A stretch of 64,000 bases of DNA from Sedimentisphaerales bacterium. Lineage in GTDB: Bacteria > Planctomycetota > Phycisphaerae > Sedimentisphaerales > SM23-30. The stretch covers positions 1 to 64,000 of the forward strand of contig CAXXFK010000042.1 of the NCBI GenBank assembly GCA_963663965.2. Reading direction: 5' to 3'. Shown in pieces: positions 20,595 to 30,859 of this stretch (positions are counted from its first letter, which is position 1; each line of letters starts with the position of its first letter). The position numbers and the translations under genes were made by a program. The notes beneath the pieces are model-generated. The model was not told the DNA's origin, searched no databases, and saw only the letters and a list, made by a program, of their open reading frames with translations.

Positions 20595-20906
20595 ATGATA
20601 CTATCAGTGGTAGATCTGAACATGAAAGATACCCGAAAAACGATACCATTAAGTCAACTACGGGGTATTAACATCTATTTCGAAAACGATTTTTATCAGG
20701 CGGCTAAATTGGTATTAAAACTATGGGATGCCCGACGCGAACGATTTAACGAGCTGGGAAAAGCTCGGCCAACCATTACCGGGATGATTCAGATTTTTGC
20801 CGGCCTGACGGACGCATGCAACCCCAAGAAAGATTATGTTAAAGAGCGTGTTGTCAGCGACGAAATACCGCTAACGGGTGTTATCGAGTTCGACCATGAA
20901 CCCTGA
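20595..20906 (+). CDS. Hypothetical protein
   Basis: ORF track; 12 bp upstream of the next ORF. Start may be 20622. Confidence 0.5.
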   Translation: MILSVVDLNMKDTRKTIPLSQLRGINIYFENDFYQAAKLVLKLWDARRERFNELGKARPTITGMIQIFAGLTDACNPKKDYVKERVVSDEIPLTGVIEFDHEP

Positions 20907-20918
20907 CCTGAGTGCTTT

Positions 20919-21377
20919 ATGTCACAAATAGATGCAAAAAGGAAAATTGAAAAATATCGTGAACGCCGCCAAAAATTCGCTCGAAACGCTCTAAAACATT
21001 CCACACAATCCATACTGGGACGCGATTTCCGGTTTACCGATTCAGGAAATTCTACAAAAATGTCTGAGATACTTGGCGAATTTATCGAGCCATATATGGA
21101 GCATGTCGAAACACTCCAATCGTATAAGACCCTTTTGACGACAGCGATGGTTGCCTGGAACTGCTCGCTGTTACCCCAGAATGACCAAGCCGATTTTCTG
21201 AAAAATTCTCTGCTATCTCTACCTGAAAGTCAGAGAGCGATCGCGAGAAACATCATTATCGAAATGATCACCAGAAAACAACGCTTTTTTTCCCAGTACC
21301 GGCGTATGATTGTCAGTTACGAGGCCTCAGAAACCCTTAACGGTTGGCATCTTTCGGTGGCATCTACTTTAGAATAG
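20919..21377 (+). CDS. Hypothetical protein
   Basis: 152-aa ORF with protein-like KMSEIL.EFIEPY / AWN.SLLP / RKQRFF / HLSVAS segments. Confidence 0.65.
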   Translation: MSQIDAKRKIEKYRERRQKFARNALKHSTQSILGRDFRFTDSGNSTKMSEILGEFIEPYMEHVETLQSYKTLLTTAMVAWNCSLLPQNDQADFLKNSLLSLPESQRAIARNIIIEMITRKQRFFSQYRRMIVSYEASETLNGWHLSVASTLE

Positions 21378-21439
21378 GATGAAAATTACAATATTTTCTG
21401 CGGAGCTCGAACACCAATACCTCGTTTATAATACCGTTT

Positions 21440-22600
21440 ATGCCAGACACTCACGCCATCCTCCATATCGATATGGACGCCTTTTACGCCTCGGTTGAGG
21501 TCAGAGACAATCCCTCGCTGCAAGGTAAACCCGTACTGGTGGGCGGCACCGCGGCCCAGCGCGGTGTGGTGGCCGCCTGTTCTTATCCCGCCCGTACCTT
21601 CGGGATCCATTCGGCCATGCCCATGAGCCAGGCGTTGCGGTTGTGTCCGCACGCCATTGTGCTTCCGGTACGGATGGAGCGATATGTTGAAGTCTCCCGC
21701 CAGATCAATAATATCTTTCACAACTACACCCCGGTCGTAGAACCGCTTTCTCTGGATGAAGCCTTTCTGGATGTCACCGGTAGCCTGGCTTTGTTCGGCA
21801 CTGCCGAACAGATCGGCCGGATGATCAAATCCGAAATCAAAGACCAGATTGGTCTGACCGCTTCCGTCGGCGTAGCACCCAACAAGTTCCTGGCCAAACT
21901 GGCCTCTGACTTGGACAAACCGGATGGTTTTGTCACGATTACCGAGCAAAACAAACAGTCCATTCTCGATCCGTTACCTATTGGTAAAATCTGGGGAATC
22001 GGCAAGGTTACCGCCGGCAGCCTGAACCAGATTGGTATCCATACCGTCCGACAACTCCGAACTGCACCCCACGACCAACTGGTCACGGTTCTGGGTAGCC
22101 AGACCGATGCCATTCTTGAACTGGCCCGGGGAATCGATCACCGTCCGGTCGAATCGCACAGCGAAACTAAAAGCCTTTCCACCGAGGAGACCTTTGCAAC
22201 CGATATCGATGATTACGACCATCTCAAATCAATCCTGACCCATCAGGTGGAAGAGGTCTCGCAACGGATCCGGGCCGAAGGTTTCCAGTGCCGTACTATT
22301 ACCATCAAATTTCGCTATGAAAATTTCCGCACAATCACCCGTAGCGTCACACTCGACCAGCCCACACATATCACCAGTGTTCTATTACAAGCCGCCTTGA
22401 ACATCTTGAATCAGTGGCGCCAGCGCTCCCCGGGAGCATTGCGACTGCTGGGGTTCGGCGCTTCGAACCTGTCCCCGGCCGGTACCGGCCAGCAGTGGCT
22501 TTTTGCCGATCCCGAGGCAGAAAAACAGAAGAAACTGGATACTGCTTTCGATCAGATCCGGGAAAAGTATGGCAACGATTCGATTAGAAGGGGGTCGTGA
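21440..22600 (+). CDS. dinB: DNA polymerase IV (Y-family)
   Basis: ILHIDMDAFYASVE, GVVAACSYPAR.FGIHSAMP, EPLSLDEAFLD, SVGVAPNKFLAKLASDLDKPDG, little-finger domain. Confidence 0.96.
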   Translation: MPDTHAILHIDMDAFYASVEVRDNPSLQGKPVLVGGTAAQRGVVAACSYPARTFGIHSAMPMSQALRLCPHAIVLPVRMERYVEVSRQINNIFHNYTPVVEPLSLDEAFLDVTGSLALFGTAEQIGRMIKSEIKDQIGLTASVGVAPNKFLAKLASDLDKPDGFVTITEQNKQSILDPLPIGKIWGIGKVTAGSLNQIGIHTVRQLRTAPHDQLVTVLGSQTDAILELARGIDHRPVESHSETKSLSTEETFATDIDDYDHLKSILTHQVEEVSQRIRAEGFQCRTITIKFRYENFRTITRSVTLDQPTHITSVLLQAALNILNQWRQRSPGALRLLGFGASNLSPAGTGQQWLFADPEAEKQKKLDTAFDQIREKYGNDSIRRGS

Positions 22601-22658
22601 TGGCTTCCTGGTATAATCATCCGGTTAGTAAGGAGCGAACCGTGGCCTGTCGTCGATA

Positions 22659-23837
22659 TCAAAACGTTATACGGATAAACTGATCGTACAAAGGCGATTT
22701 TCCGACCGATACCATACTGTAATAAAATTCCTTTCGCTGAACTTCGCAGTCGAGCAAACGGAACATTTCCAGATGGCGTAGTAACCTGATTGCCAACAGG
22801 TTCCCCATATCTTTAATGACCAATTTCGCCTGGCTGATAGCCTCGCGAACTGCGGGAAGTATCGTTAGATCAAACAACTCTGATGGTTTCATACGCTTAT
22901 CGGCCATTACACTGATGCGATATAAAATATATCCGATCGTGGCCTGGATCCCTTCAAATTCCGGAAATCCATCGCAATAGCCCAGGTTGAATCTTTTAAA
23001 ATATGCCTCAAACAATCGGTAATAAAGTTCTCCAGCCAAATCGTCTGTTAATAATGGCTGGCATTGCTGGGGGATCACGAATCGTTTCCCTCGGTTGATG
23101 ATCAATCCGGCGAGTGAACAGACAAGTTTGAGTACATGTATTTCGCGAACATCCGCTTCATTGATGACTTTGTTGTACTTCAAAACATAATTGCGGGCAT
23201 CCTCGTCGATTTCCAATTGATCGAGCAGGATTTTGACATAGTGACGATTCAGGTTCCCTCGATCCGTAGCCATATCGGCCTTTGGATTATCCCTGATCAG
23301 CTTAAGAAACCGTCGCGCGTTTCTGAAAAAGACCACCTGATTGACCTGGGCAAACGTTAAGTCATGATTAAAACGAAGCGGACAGTCCTTCTCGTTCCAG
23401 TCGGCATCAATCAGTTGCGAGGCCTGATACGGGGATAAATCGCCCAGTTCTGGATTGGGCGTGTGGTTGTAATTGATAAGCTCAGTGATAGTTCCAATCG
23501 AATCGGTTAATGTTTCTTTTTCGTTTGACTCCATGACCCTGTCGGGAAAATAAGTCAGCAGTTTGACATACAGATCGTCCACCGTGATATCCTTGGTTCG
23601 GCTCAATACATGACTGATCGACTCTATCAACTGACCAAGTTCGACGGACGTCAGGTAAACCCTTCCGTTCAGTGTCAGCGATATTTTTCGTAATAGATCG
23701 GCATCTAATCCCCGGCACTCCCCGAGAATAATCTGCTGCTCATCCCGGGTCAGGGATATTTCGATTTGTCCATTTTGATCAAAACTCACTATAATAGTTC
23801 CTTGAATGCCAAGCGTTAACACTACAAGAACCATCAT
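22659..23837 (-). CDS. Hypothetical protein
   Basis: 392-aa ORF; no motif I can name; start uncertain. Confidence 0.7.
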   Translation of the reverse strand: MMVLVVLTLGIQGTIIVSFDQNGQIEISLTRDEQQIILGECRGLDADLLRKISLTLNGRVYLTSVELGQLIESISHVLSRTKDITVDDLYVKLLTYFPDRVMESNEKETLTDSIGTITELINYNHTPNPELGDLSPYQASQLIDADWNEKDCPLRFNHDLTFAQVNQVVFFRNARRFLKLIRDNPKADMATDRGNLNRHYVKILLDQLEIDEDARNYVLKYNKVINEADVREIHVLKLVCSLAGLIINRGKRFVIPQQCQPLLTDDLAGELYYRLFEAYFKRFNLGYCDGFPEFEGIQATIGYILYRISVMADKRMKPSELFDLTILPAVREAISQAKLVIKDMGNLLAIRLLRHLEMFRLLDCEVQRKEFYYSMVSVGKSPLYDQFIRITF

Positions 23838-23897
23838 TCTAAACCAAATTCAAACAATTGGCCAGTGGATTTCAAGGACTAAAACCGGCAGGGAATC

Positions 23898-24017
23898 CTA
23901 GCCCAACGCCTCCTCCCTCCGTTCCACCTCCGCATCGCCCAGGATCTTATCGCAGACACCGCAAACACAACCGACCTGCGCTTCCCGCCGCCCGCATAAC
24001 AGGCATTTTGTTACCAT
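23898..24017 (-). CDS. 39-aa CxxC...CxxC zinc-ribbon microprotein, copy 2
   Basis: MVTKCLLCGRREAQVGCVCGVCDKILGDAEVERREEALG*; conserved with copy 1. Confidence 0.7.
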   Translation of the reverse strand: MVTKCLLCGRREAQVGCVCGVCDKILGDAEVERREEALG

Positions 24018-24018
24018 C

Positions 24019-24210
24019 TCAATCACCCGGCATGGCGTCGCAGGCACACTCAAACAGTATCTGCCAGTCGATATGGCCGTTCATCAACCCTTTTTCCACA
24101 TAGCCAGCCCACTCATCGAATTCAGCCTGATCTTTCGGCTTTCGTTTCATGTATTGCTCGAAATCGCCGAGACTTACGGTGATCACTATGTTATGTTCTT
24201 TGATTTCCAT
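24019..24210 (-). CDS. 63-aa hypothetical protein (MEIK family), copy 2
   Basis: Paralogue of 20265-20459; GGAGG RBS; hairpin GCGGTTGGTT-N8-AACCAACCGC at 24239-24266 upstream. Confidence 0.75.
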   Translation of the reverse strand: MEIKEHNIVITVSLGDFEQYMKRKPKDQAEFDEWAGYVEKGLMNGHIDWQILFECACDAMPGD

Positions 24211-24354
24211 TTTTACCCTCCAAACCTTCCCGCCAGTGGCGGTTGGTTCACCTCAAAACCAACCGCTAACATTGATCCCAAATCTGTCTCGCCAGGTAAA
24301 ATTCAATAATTCGTGATTGATAGATTGTAAAGACGATGGCTGAAACTAAATATT

Positions 24355-27300
24355 TTATGGATAGGTATATAATCCAGCTTTCTTTTCATTTAAATATATG
24401 GTTGTAGTTTCACTGAAATTTCCAGCGTTAATCTGGAAATCAACAACATCTCCCTGATCAGTAATATCAGCTTTGGCAATTGAAATTTTAAACACACATT
24501 TTTCCAGATCAAATAGCGCGGCGGCCATCGATGAGTCACTGCCATTCGGTTTTTTATATTTGAAAGATTTTTTATTACCTAGCTGGAAAAAGTCGTCGGA
24601 CGATACTGTCAAACGATAATCTCCCCACCGAATTTCAATATCTTCATCGGACAGGTCCAAATCTAAATCTTTTAGTGCGATTGCACCCTGAATGGAAAGT
24701 TTGTCACTTTGAGATTTTTGGCTATTCACACTCAAATTACATTTATCCACTTTTAGTACATTCGAATATCCCATCAAGAAGTGGACAGGCATAGTTTTTT
24801 TACCATTGATTACATCAATAATACCACCGGAGCCCTGGACTTCACCGTCATAGGCAACTCCATTACCCCAATATCCATCGGTTTTGATTTCAACAGTAAC
24901 CGGGCTTGACAATCCTGTTAAATCCTGATTTTTCAGTATAATGTCTAAAATGTTTTTATTCAGATCAATTTTAAATTGTTCATTCTTGCTTGATCCAATG
25001 GTCATACGTCCCTTCTTCAATTGATAAGCCTGATAATTCTGTTGAAATCCTGTTGCCGTAATATCATCTTTTCCCCGTATAATAAATTCTATGTTTTCGT
25101 TTTCCAACGCTTCCGGTGCAATATCCAACCCTTCAATCCGGCAAGTTAAAGCGTCTTGACCGGCTTCTCTGGTTTTGCCAGGCTTAACGGTCATTTTACT
25201 TATAGTAAACGTATTCATCGATTGAAAGATATACAAATCGACAGTTGTATCAGGAGCGACCTTTTGTCCGGCGCCAATACTTTGATCTGCAACCTTCATA
25301 CCAGTAACATCTGGCCGATTAACGGGTATTCTCTCTCCAAGTATTAGATCTGACCGATCTAATTCTATTGCAGCTTGTTCCGGAGTTAAGCCGGTTAAAT
25401 CGGGCACTACGGATACGATATTATCAATAGTAATCTGCTTGGAAAATCTAAGTTGGCCGTAAACTGCGCTGACAGTAATAACTTGATCGCGCGAAACATC
25501 CTGAACCATCATCAATCCATTCGTATCAATAGTTACATAAGGCGTCGACAGTTGCCAGAGTACCTCTGAAGTAACATTATCCGAGGTTCCATCACTGAAA
25601 TTAAGAAAAGCCTTCAACATAATTTCGCTGTTTTCATCAACCGAGTCGCTGCCGGCTATATCAACTGATAGCGGTTTTCGGGTTTTTTCTTCAGTATTAC
25701 CTGAATTATCGGTTGCCAGAGACATGAATTCATAATCATGCCCAGTTTCGCCATCATATACCGCTGAGGTCAGTTGGGTTGCTTCCAGCCATGAGGCATA
25801 TTCCCCTCCATCTTTGGATACAAAGACATCATAATAATCGATCCCGCTTCCCATAGCGCCATCAAAACCGGACCAGGAAACCAGCCATTTGGTTTTATTA
25901 ACCCGATTAATAAATGAACTCACATCGATAGTTGTGCTGGGGGCACGTTTGTCCGAGTAACTTACACCAGTACCAACAAGCGCAATCATCAGTTGAGGGT
26001 GGAGTGGGTCATTGCTGCAGATTGTAACGGTACCATGCTTCAGACCGATACTGGTTGGAGCAAAAATGATTTCCAGTCCGATTTGTCCCTTGGGGCCAAT
26101 TTCAATGGGATATAGTTCTGTCTGGTTTAACGAAAAGCTGGGATCCCCCGTTATTTCAACATCGTTTATCAATGCCGACTCCAGCCCTTGATTGGAGATA
26201 ATCAAGTAAGCAGAAGTTGGACTGTCATTGCTTGGTTTGTCGCCAAAGTCAAGGACATCTTCCGCAATGGAGATGATAGGTTTTATTTGATCCGGGGGAG
26301 CAATAAGCGCATCGATAATATAAAGGATGTTCGAATCGGCAGAATCTAGCAGGTTGTCATTTATGCGATTAGAGGCGGTGCCATAATTTAGGTTTAAAAT
26401 ATAACTATCAGTGATATTGAAAATATAGGTGATATCGTAGATTTGAGAAATACTTCCTTCGGTAAGTAACGTTGATCGATCGGTATTATAAAGATGATAT
26501 GTAACCGTCTCATTCGAATCTATCAAATTGCTAATAAATCCAAGTTTTAAGGAAAGCTTGTCTCCTGTATTGGCATACAGTTCGATTTCAGCGTTTTGGG
26601 ATGTGTCTGATAAAAGAATAGCTCCTCTTTTGGCAGTTTTTTCGCTACTTTTCAATAATTCTAAATATTCATCTGGGAATGCCTTAATCATCATATCAAG
26701 AAATTCAGCCCATCCACTTTCAATTGCAAAATTGTACATACTGGGAACATTTTCCAGATAGGTTTTTACTTTTTTGATATTTTCAGGTTCACCATTCAAG
26801 GTACGATAATAAATGTTCGCACCATTTAAATGCTCTTTATTGGAACGGCACTCAACACAGTTATCATGCGCTTCAATGACATTTTGGGCATTAATCTTCA
26901 ATTCTTCCGGAACAATCCGGGAGTTATTTATCTGTCTCATTAATTCTTTTAAATCAATACAGTTTTCATTTGGGTCAAATAGAGAGAGTAAATGATATTT
27001 TCTTATCACACAAAAAGGAATTAAATCCTTATCGATGTGTCTGAGAACTTTATATCTATCTTCCAGTTTCATGTTTTTTAGTGTGTTAACAAAAAGTCTC
27101 AAACTATCAGTAATCGATTGAAAATTATTTGGGTTTACCATAATCAACGAAGTGTCTTGTATCATAGAAGTAAGAAATTTCCAATCACAACTTAATTTAT
27201 CATACAGCATATAAGCCGCACCTTCAGAAGTTAAATTTTTGTCTGCCAATTTTGATAAAAATGTATCAGGAATTGTAATTTTGGCATTTGAATAAGATTC

Positions 27301-29979
27301 CCATGTAACTAAGAAATCCACTTTTTGAGATTGTGCTATTTCATACAAAAACTCACATGATCCGTTTCGGCAGGCATTAAGGTATAAAACATTTATGTTG
27401 ACTGGAGATTGAGATAAGGCATCACCCAATTCATCTGGTGAAAAAAAATCATGAATGGGATCTTTTGCGTCATCAAATATTGTTTCAAGATTATTACCAT
27501 GTCCATTTAATACTAAAATATTATTTTTACTGGATATTCTTTGTTGGCAATAGTCGATAAATTCAACTAAGGATTCACCTTTCCCCATATTAATTTCACG
27601 ACCCTCATCTATTGGAGTAAAGATGGAACTTACAATATTAGGATTTTTATCGGAAACAATATCTGCTCTTCGAGTATCCGTCCATCGAGTAGTAAGTGAT
27701 CGATCTGAATCAATATCAGGTATGTCTACACTGTTAACTGTTCGATCCAATTGACAGAAAATACTGACGGGTTCTTGAGTTAGGTCGGAATTTTCCAATG
27801 CATTGACATGGTTCTTCATGATAACATCATCAGTTATTATCGACGATATGGTCTGTTCCCCTTTCACGGCAGCCATATAAACCATCATATTCCAAAGGTT
27901 ATCAATGCCATCATCCGGATCCGTTACGGAATTATTCTCATCGGTGTTCAGATTAAATGAAATATAACTACCATCATATCCAGGTTCACTATCACTTCCA
28001 GGTACAAGTTCGATATACTGGCCATTATTGTAATAATAAACACCTCCCTTGCCGCCTATATTTCCTACCCCTCCCTTACCTACCTTGCCAGGGGTATTAG
28101 AATTTCCTCCATTGCCAGCCTTTCCTGCATCACCACCTTTGGATGGAGTATTCGATGAACTTTTTCCTGCGTTACCACCTCGACCCGCATGACCACCATC
28201 TCCTCCCACTGCGCCATCACCACCATTTCCACCATCACCTCCATTGCCCCCATTACCACCGACGGTGATATCAATATTATTGGTATTATCACCAATAACT
28301 TCATCGCCAACGCCATCACCCATATCACCATTGTCTGTTTGCCCACCAACAGAATCTAATATATCCTGATCGATATTGTTCGCTTTTTCTATTCCATTGG
28401 CTCCTGAGCCGCCATTGCCTCCAATGCCGCCATAACCACCTTTGTCAACCATTCCATCGGAATCGTTTTTACAATTATATCCAATAACGGTTCCTCCAGC
28501 TCCTGCTAAACCACTGTGTCCGCCTGATCCGCCATTACCGCCATATCCTCCGGATTTAGTTATGCTGTTATCATAGGTTAAACTTATACCACTACCTCCA
28601 TTTCCACCATTGCCCCCATTCCCCCCTGCGCCGGCATCCCCTCCTTTAACGCTGCAAGTTGACTCTTCCAGATCGCAACCTTGCCATTTATCCGTAATTT
28701 TTTCCGCAATCATTTCTATGATCCCTCCCATACCTCCATGCCCGCCATGACCACCCAGTCCACCATGACCACCATTCTCAGCCTGAACAGGTTCCGTTAT
28801 CCCATAAAAATCAGACATGCTTGCATTTTGGCCATGGCTCCCATGACTGCCTTTGCCTCCAGCACCACCATCGCCTCCATTGGCATATAAATAACCGAAC
28901 TCAACTTCATCAGCAATCACTGAGATAGAACCGCCAGTACCTCCATTGCCGCCGGATAAACCATGGTTGCCATTATTGTTGATGAGATTATTCGTTAGAG
29001 AAGTTCCACTCCCACCATTGCCCCCATTATTACCATCTGCTGAAGCCAAAATGCTCACAAATGAACGGTTTTTCTTATACTGTTCAATTGCTTCAACATA
29101 AATGTTGCCTCCATTTCCACCTCTGCCACCAGTCAAGTATACGCCACTGGAGCTGAATCCCTTACCGCCATCTACATACAATCCTGATGCCTGAATGTGC
29201 CCGTTTACCGACATAATAGTAATATCGCCTCCATGCCCTCCATCTCCCGAATTGATTCCATCTCCTCCCCGGGCGTCAACACCTACCATAAACTCACCTT
29301 GAGAGCGAGAAAAAAACCGAAAAGTCCCTCCATTTTCTGCCAATCCTTTGGGCGAGTCTAGATCAAAATAAATATAGTGGATGGGCTGGGTGGCAATTTC
29401 AAGAGTTTGGCCATAGAAATTATACTTGTAGGTAGACTCAATAGGATGGCCCGCATAAACTTCGATAATGGCATTTTGGTCAGCATTTTCGGCTAATGTA
29501 AACACTGCCTGAATGGTATATTGGCAGTATATCCTGATATTGCCCGAGACAATAAAATTGTGAGTTATTACACCATCAACTCCTATAACTTCTTTATAAT
29601 GGTATTCTTTAAATTCATCGCTATTGGTTGGACCCTCAAGATAAATGTTAACCTGATGATCGAGACTATCTTGGGATATATTCTCCAACCTTAATACACC
29701 ATTTTTGCCATTACCTGTTTCTATTACCTCGCCAAATCGTATTTCAATATTCCCTCCATTCCCACCATTGACGGTCATACCGTTGCTTAAATCCTGATCC
29801 ATAGTTCCACCTTTAGCGGTACCAGCAATAGTACTGATTAAAGATTGAGCAGAACTTAACGATGAAAGTATTAAGATGGTGAAAAAACAAACAGATGTTA
29901 AATGAACCTTTATGTATTTCAAATAAGCATTGAATGAATCATTTTCGCTAGATGCTAGAATCGTGCTGGGAGAATTCAT
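24355..29979 (-). CDS. 1874-aa surface/secreted protein: Gly-rich GGxGG repeats, clostripain (C11) peptidase, ASH/Ig-like, FN3-like, Ig and PASTA domains
   Basis: GGNGGNGG repeats; C11 motifs WNMMVYMAA, ILVLNGHG, LYLNACRNGSCEFLYEI; LDFGD...SNDP Ig domain; SGIDYYDVFVSKDGG; VVPDLTGLT PASTA. Visibly AT-rich. Confidence 0.75.
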   Translation of the reverse strand: MNSPSTILASSENDSFNAYLKYIKVHLTSVCFFTILILSSLSSAQSLISTIAGTAKGGTMDQDLSNGMTVNGGNGGNIEIRFGEVIETGNGKNGVLRLENISQDSLDHQVNIYLEGPTNSDEFKEYHYKEVIGVDGVITHNFIVSGNIRIYCQYTIQAVFTLAENADQNAIIEVYAGHPIESTYKYNFYGQTLEIATQPIHYIYFDLDSPKGLAENGGTFRFFSRSQGEFMVGVDARGGDGINSGDGGHGGDITIMSVNGHIQASGLYVDGGKGFSSSGVYLTGGRGGNGGNIYVEAIEQYKKNRSFVSILASADGNNGGNGGSGTSLTNNLINNNGNHGLSGGNGGTGGSISVIADEVEFGYLYANGGDGGAGGKGSHGSHGQNASMSDFYGITEPVQAENGGHGGLGGHGGHGGMGGIIEMIAEKITDKWQGCDLEESTCSVKGGDAGAGGNGGNGGNGGSGISLTYDNSITKSGGYGGNGGSGGHSGLAGAGGTVIGYNCKNDSDGMVDKGGYGGIGGNGGSGANGIEKANNIDQDILDSVGGQTDNGDMGDGVGDEVIGDNTNNIDITVGGNGGNGGDGGNGGDGAVGGDGGHAGRGGNAGKSSSNTPSKGGDAGKAGNGGNSNTPGKVGKGGVGNIGGKGGVYYYNNGQYIELVPGSDSEPGYDGSYISFNLNTDENNSVTDPDDGIDNLWNMMVYMAAVKGEQTISSIITDDVIMKNHVNALENSDLTQEPVSIFCQLDRTVNSVDIPDIDSDRSLTTRWTDTRRADIVSDKNPNIVSSIFTPIDEGREINMGKGESLVEFIDYCQQRISSKNNILVLNGHGNNLETIFDDAKDPIHDFFSPDELGDALSQSPVNINVLYLNACRNGSCEFLYEIAQSQKVDFLVTWESYSNAKITIPDTFLSKLADKNLTSEGAAYMLYDKLSCDWKFLTSMIQDTSLIMVNPNNFQSITDSLRLFVNTLKNMKLEDRYKVLRHIDKDLIPFCVIRKYHLLSLFDPNENCIDLKELMRQINNSRIVPEELKINAQNVIEAHDNCVECRSNKEHLNGANIYYRTLNGEPENIKKVKTYLENVPSMYNFAIESGWAEFLDMMIKAFPDEYLELLKSSEKTAKRGAILLSDTSQNAEIELYANTGDKLSLKLGFISNLIDSNETVTYHLYNTDRSTLLTEGSISQIYDITYIFNITDSYILNLNYGTASNRINDNLLDSADSNILYIIDALIAPPDQIKPIISIAEDVLDFGDKPSNDSPTSAYLIISNQGLESALINDVEITGDPSFSLNQTELYPIEIGPKGQIGLEIIFAPTSIGLKHGTVTICSNDPLHPQLMIALVGTGVSYSDKRAPSTTIDVSSFINRVNKTKWLVSWSGFDGAMGSGIDYYDVFVSKDGGEYASWLEATQLTSAVYDGETGHDYEFMSLATDNSGNTEEKTRKPLSVDIAGSDSVDENSEIMLKAFLNFSDGTSDNVTSEVLWQLSTPYVTIDTNGLMMVQDVSRDQVITVSAVYGQLRFSKQITIDNIVSVVPDLTGLTPEQAAIELDRSDLILGERIPVNRPDVTGMKVADQSIGAGQKVAPDTTVDLYIFQSMNTFTISKMTVKPGKTREAGQDALTCRIEGLDIAPEALENENIEFIIRGKDDITATGFQQNYQAYQLKKGRMTIGSSKNEQFKIDLNKNILDIILKNQDLTGLSSPVTVEIKTDGYWGNGVAYDGEVQGSGGIIDVINGKKTMPVHFLMGYSNVLKVDKCNLSVNSQKSQSDKLSIQGAIALKDLDLDLSDEDIEIRWGDYRLTVSSDDFFQLGNKKSFKYKKPNGSDSSMAAALFDLEKCVFKISIAKADITDQGDVVDFQINAGNFSETTTIYLNEKKAGLYTYP

Positions 29980-30231
29980 GATTGCTCCTTTAATAAGTTA
30001 TATTAAGTTGTATCAAGATAGTCTAACCATCAATTAATACACCTTATCAATTGCTATCTTGCGCGATTTTATAAATTAATTTATGTTAACCCAATGCTAC
30101 CTATCATAAGAAGACAAAGATTGTATGTGCCTGCTATCAAAGAATTTAGGCATTACGAATCTCCAATTTAACAGAATCTTAACTTGGCACCATCTCGATC
30201 TCAGGTAATCTATAGATAATCCAACGATATC

Positions 30232-30441
30232 ATGGAGAATATTATGATTCACTATCGAACCATTTTGAATGCCGACAGTTTACTTAGCGAGGATGATAAA
30301 GGGATTTTGTTGCTGCTGCTCTATCATAAAATTGACCTGCCGGTCAGGAACAAGACCGGCTGGGAGTGCCACTACTGCGAGTTCACTGCGCCTGATCTGT
30401 ATACAATTGCGGAACACCTGCTCACCGAACACGAGTCTTAG
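30232..30441 (+). CDS. Small C2H2-type zinc-finger protein
   Basis: WECHYCEFTAPDLYTIAEHLLTEH. Confidence 0.55.
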   Translation: MENIMIHYRTILNADSLLSEDDKGILLLLLYHKIDLPVRNKTGWECHYCEFTAPDLYTIAEHLLTEHES

Positions 30442-30452
30442 CTACAAATCGC

Positions 30453-30859
30453 TTAACCCACGCTGCGATATTCCCGCACATCGTCCGACACAATCAAATG
30501 ATCCAGCACCTGAATGCCGATGATCTTACCAGCCTCTTTCAACTGCCGTGTCACCGCCCGATCTTCCCTGGAAGGAGTCAGGTTATTAGAAGGATGGTTG
30601 TGTACCACGATCATCGCGTTGGCGTTCCTCACAATCGCCGTGCGAAACAGTTCCCGCGGATGCACAACTGACATGTCAAAGTGCCCAGGCTGACGATTTC
30701 CCGGGCGATGACTGAATTGTTCGAATTCAAAAACAGCGCCAGAAACGCTTCCTTACCCAGTCCCTTCAAGTCCCGGCAGTAGGCCAAAACATCTTCCGGT
30801 CCCGATATTCTTTCGATTTCCGGATAGTCCTTAATCAACATCTCTGTCAGCATCTTCAT
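30453..30859 (-). pseudogene. radC: RadC-like JAB-domain protein with a 1-nt frameshift near 30675
   Basis: KEAFLALFLNS.N.VIAREIVSLGTL in one frame; SVVHPRELFR..HNHPS..PSRED..VLDHLIV in the other. Confidence 0.88.

Noticed and set aside
20144..24210. Diversity-generating retroelement TR/VR pair
   Set aside because: Differences between the duplicated modules are not adenine-specific and there is no reverse transcriptase.
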